Assembly: GCA_964636545.1 (NCBI GenBank) | Contig: CAZWSR010000007.1 | Span: forward strand, 10,170 to 45,608 | Length of the DNA stretch: 35,439 nt | Reading direction: 5' to 3' | DNA from: Candidatus Undinarchaeota archaeon | GTDB lineage: Archaea > Undinarchaeota > Undinarchaeia > Undinarchaeales > UBA543 | Shown: piece by piece, positions 34,271-35,439 of the stretch | Layout of the letters: the number at the start of each line of letters is the position of its first letter | Numbering within the stretch: position 1 is the stretch's first letter | Notes under the pieces: model-generated | Told to the model about the DNA's origin: nothing | Database searches by the model: none | Seen by the model: the letters and a program-made list of their open reading frames with translations, nothing else | Translations under genes and position numbers: made by a program

Positions 34271-34813
34271 CTATTTCAAATATTTAACCAACTGTTCTAA
34301 TGCCTGCGCCCGGTGAGACAGATTGGATTTAGCCACCACATCCTCTGCAAAGGTCTTTTCAGATCCTTTGGGTTGGAATATAGGGTCGTAGCCAAAGCCT
34401 TCCCTTCCTCGCGCCTGCGATGTAATATTGCCTGCGCATACGCCTTTAAATACCTTTTCATTGTCTCCGTCTTTGTATGCGACTACTGCTCTGAATTCAG
34501 CTGAACGATCTTCAATACCTTCTAGTAATTTTAAAATTCCTTCCCAGCCAATTGTCTGAAGTGTTTGTTTGCTGTAAACTCCTGGAAATCCCTTTAAAGA
34601 AGTAATAAACAGGCCAGTGTCCTCTACAAAAACTGGCTTTTGTAGTGCTTTGTATGCGTTTCTGACTGAGAAAAGTGCCAATTCCTCAACATTGTCGGTT
34701 TGTAGCTCAATTAAGTCCACTTTGTAATGGTCCAACTCAAGATTCTCCTTGTCAAAAAGCATTTTCGCTTCAGTAAACTTGTTTGTGTTTGATGTTGCGA
34801 AATTTGTTTTCAT
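34271..34813 (-). CDS. rdgB: Non-canonical purine NTP pyrophosphatase (RdgB/HAM1)
   Basis: FATSNTNK, VEDTGL, GFPGVYS, GFGYDPIF, SHRA. Confidence 0.96.
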   Translation of the reverse strand: MKTNFATSNTNKFTEAKMLFDKENLELDHYKVDLIELQTDNVEELALFSVRNAYKALQKPVFVEDTGLFITSLKGFPGVYSKQTLQTIGWEGILKLLEGIEDRSAEFRAVVAYKDGDNEKVFKGVCAGNITSQARGREGFGYDPIFQPKGSEKTFAEDVVAKSNLSHRAQALEQLVKYLK

Positions 34814-35388
34814 TGGTCTAATATTCTCAAGAGTATTTTATACTGGTTTGGTCTGAATGTAATCCCTTTTACACTTTGCTGGTTTTCTTTAAGATTTATA
34901 CTACTAATTCTGTCTAGCAGTTCATTGTCAAAAAAGTGCTTATCTTTTGATATTATTTTTAAGTTGGTTACTGTTGCAAATGCAAATAGTATCAAATCAA
35001 TATTGCTCACTTTTTTCGTTTTAATAATTTTATCCTCTACATATTTTACAGTCAGCAGGAATAGTGGAAATGTTGGATTTCTTTCTAATATTTTAGCAAT
35101 ATCTCCAGCGTGAGTATCTTCAGTATGGAGTATTATTATTTTATATTTATGGTTTATTGTGTTTATTATCAGAAAATTATTACCCTTCTTATCTTGTTTG
35201 TATGTGAAATTCTTTTCTTCTCTTTTCTCCATAATATTCATGAACTCCCATACATTCTTGTCCAAAGTACAGAAGTTAACTTTTCCAATAAGGTGCTTCA
35301 TTCTATCTCGTGTTTTTCTTGCTTGCTTTTGTCGTGTATCCAGATCTATCAGGATACATGTGTCCAGCAATACAAATTCTTTTGTCAT
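34810..35388 (-). CDS. PIN-domain protein
   Basis: LLDTCILI, VWEF, SNIDLIL and ISKDKHF acidic tetrad. Confidence 0.8.
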   Translation of the reverse strand: MTKEFVLLDTCILIDLDTRQKQARKTRDRMKHLIGKVNFCTLDKNVWEFMNIMEKREEKNFTYKQDKKGNNFLIINTINHKYKIIILHTEDTHAGDIAKILERNPTFPLFLLTVKYVEDKIIKTKKVSNIDLILFAFATVTNLKIISKDKHFFDNELLDRISSINLKENQQSVKGITFRPNQYKILLRILDQ

Positions 35389-35439
35389 GGCTCCAATAAA
35401 CTTAATCCAGTTCCCTCATCCAATTTCCTTTCAATTGGC
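35385..35439 (-). CDS. 3' end of an upstream gene (partial)
   Basis: PIERKLDEGTGLSLLEP* with its TGA overlapping the PIN gene ATG (ATGA). Confidence 0.4.
   Translation of the reverse strand, partial: PIERKLDEGTGLSLLEP

Overview
AT-rich archaeal chromosomal segment. A DPANN-type host is inferred from compact gene packing, form III RuBisCO, K/E-tailed ribosomal proteins and a class I CCA enzyme. Most genes are housekeeping: lig, nfo, nfi-like, trmB, rtcB-archease, rbcL, oapABC-like, ndk-rpl24e-rps28e-rpl7ae, rpl21e-rpo4-DUF655-rsmA, a MacB/LolD-type ABC system with a COG1361 protein, mtnA, dus, tRNA-Thr(GGU), pfpI-hsp20-hjc, cca, rps3ae, rps15 and rdgB. Five things stand out. (1) At least six sequence families of short 7- or 8-bp-periodic, mostly palindromic repeat elements occur both between genes and in frame inside housekeeping genes. 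(2) At two sites a hairpin insert lies between duplicated 3' ends of a gene: rtcB (synonymously recoded replacement tail) and a newly spotted C/D-box sRNA. (3) An ~11.2-bp-phased array of GTNAC motifs covers the promoter of a small winged-helix gene. (4) The OapA-like GTPase carries an inserted Rho-N/SAP-like module. (5) A full-length endonuclease V has lost most of its catalytic residues. All calls come from visual motif recognition; no database searches were run.
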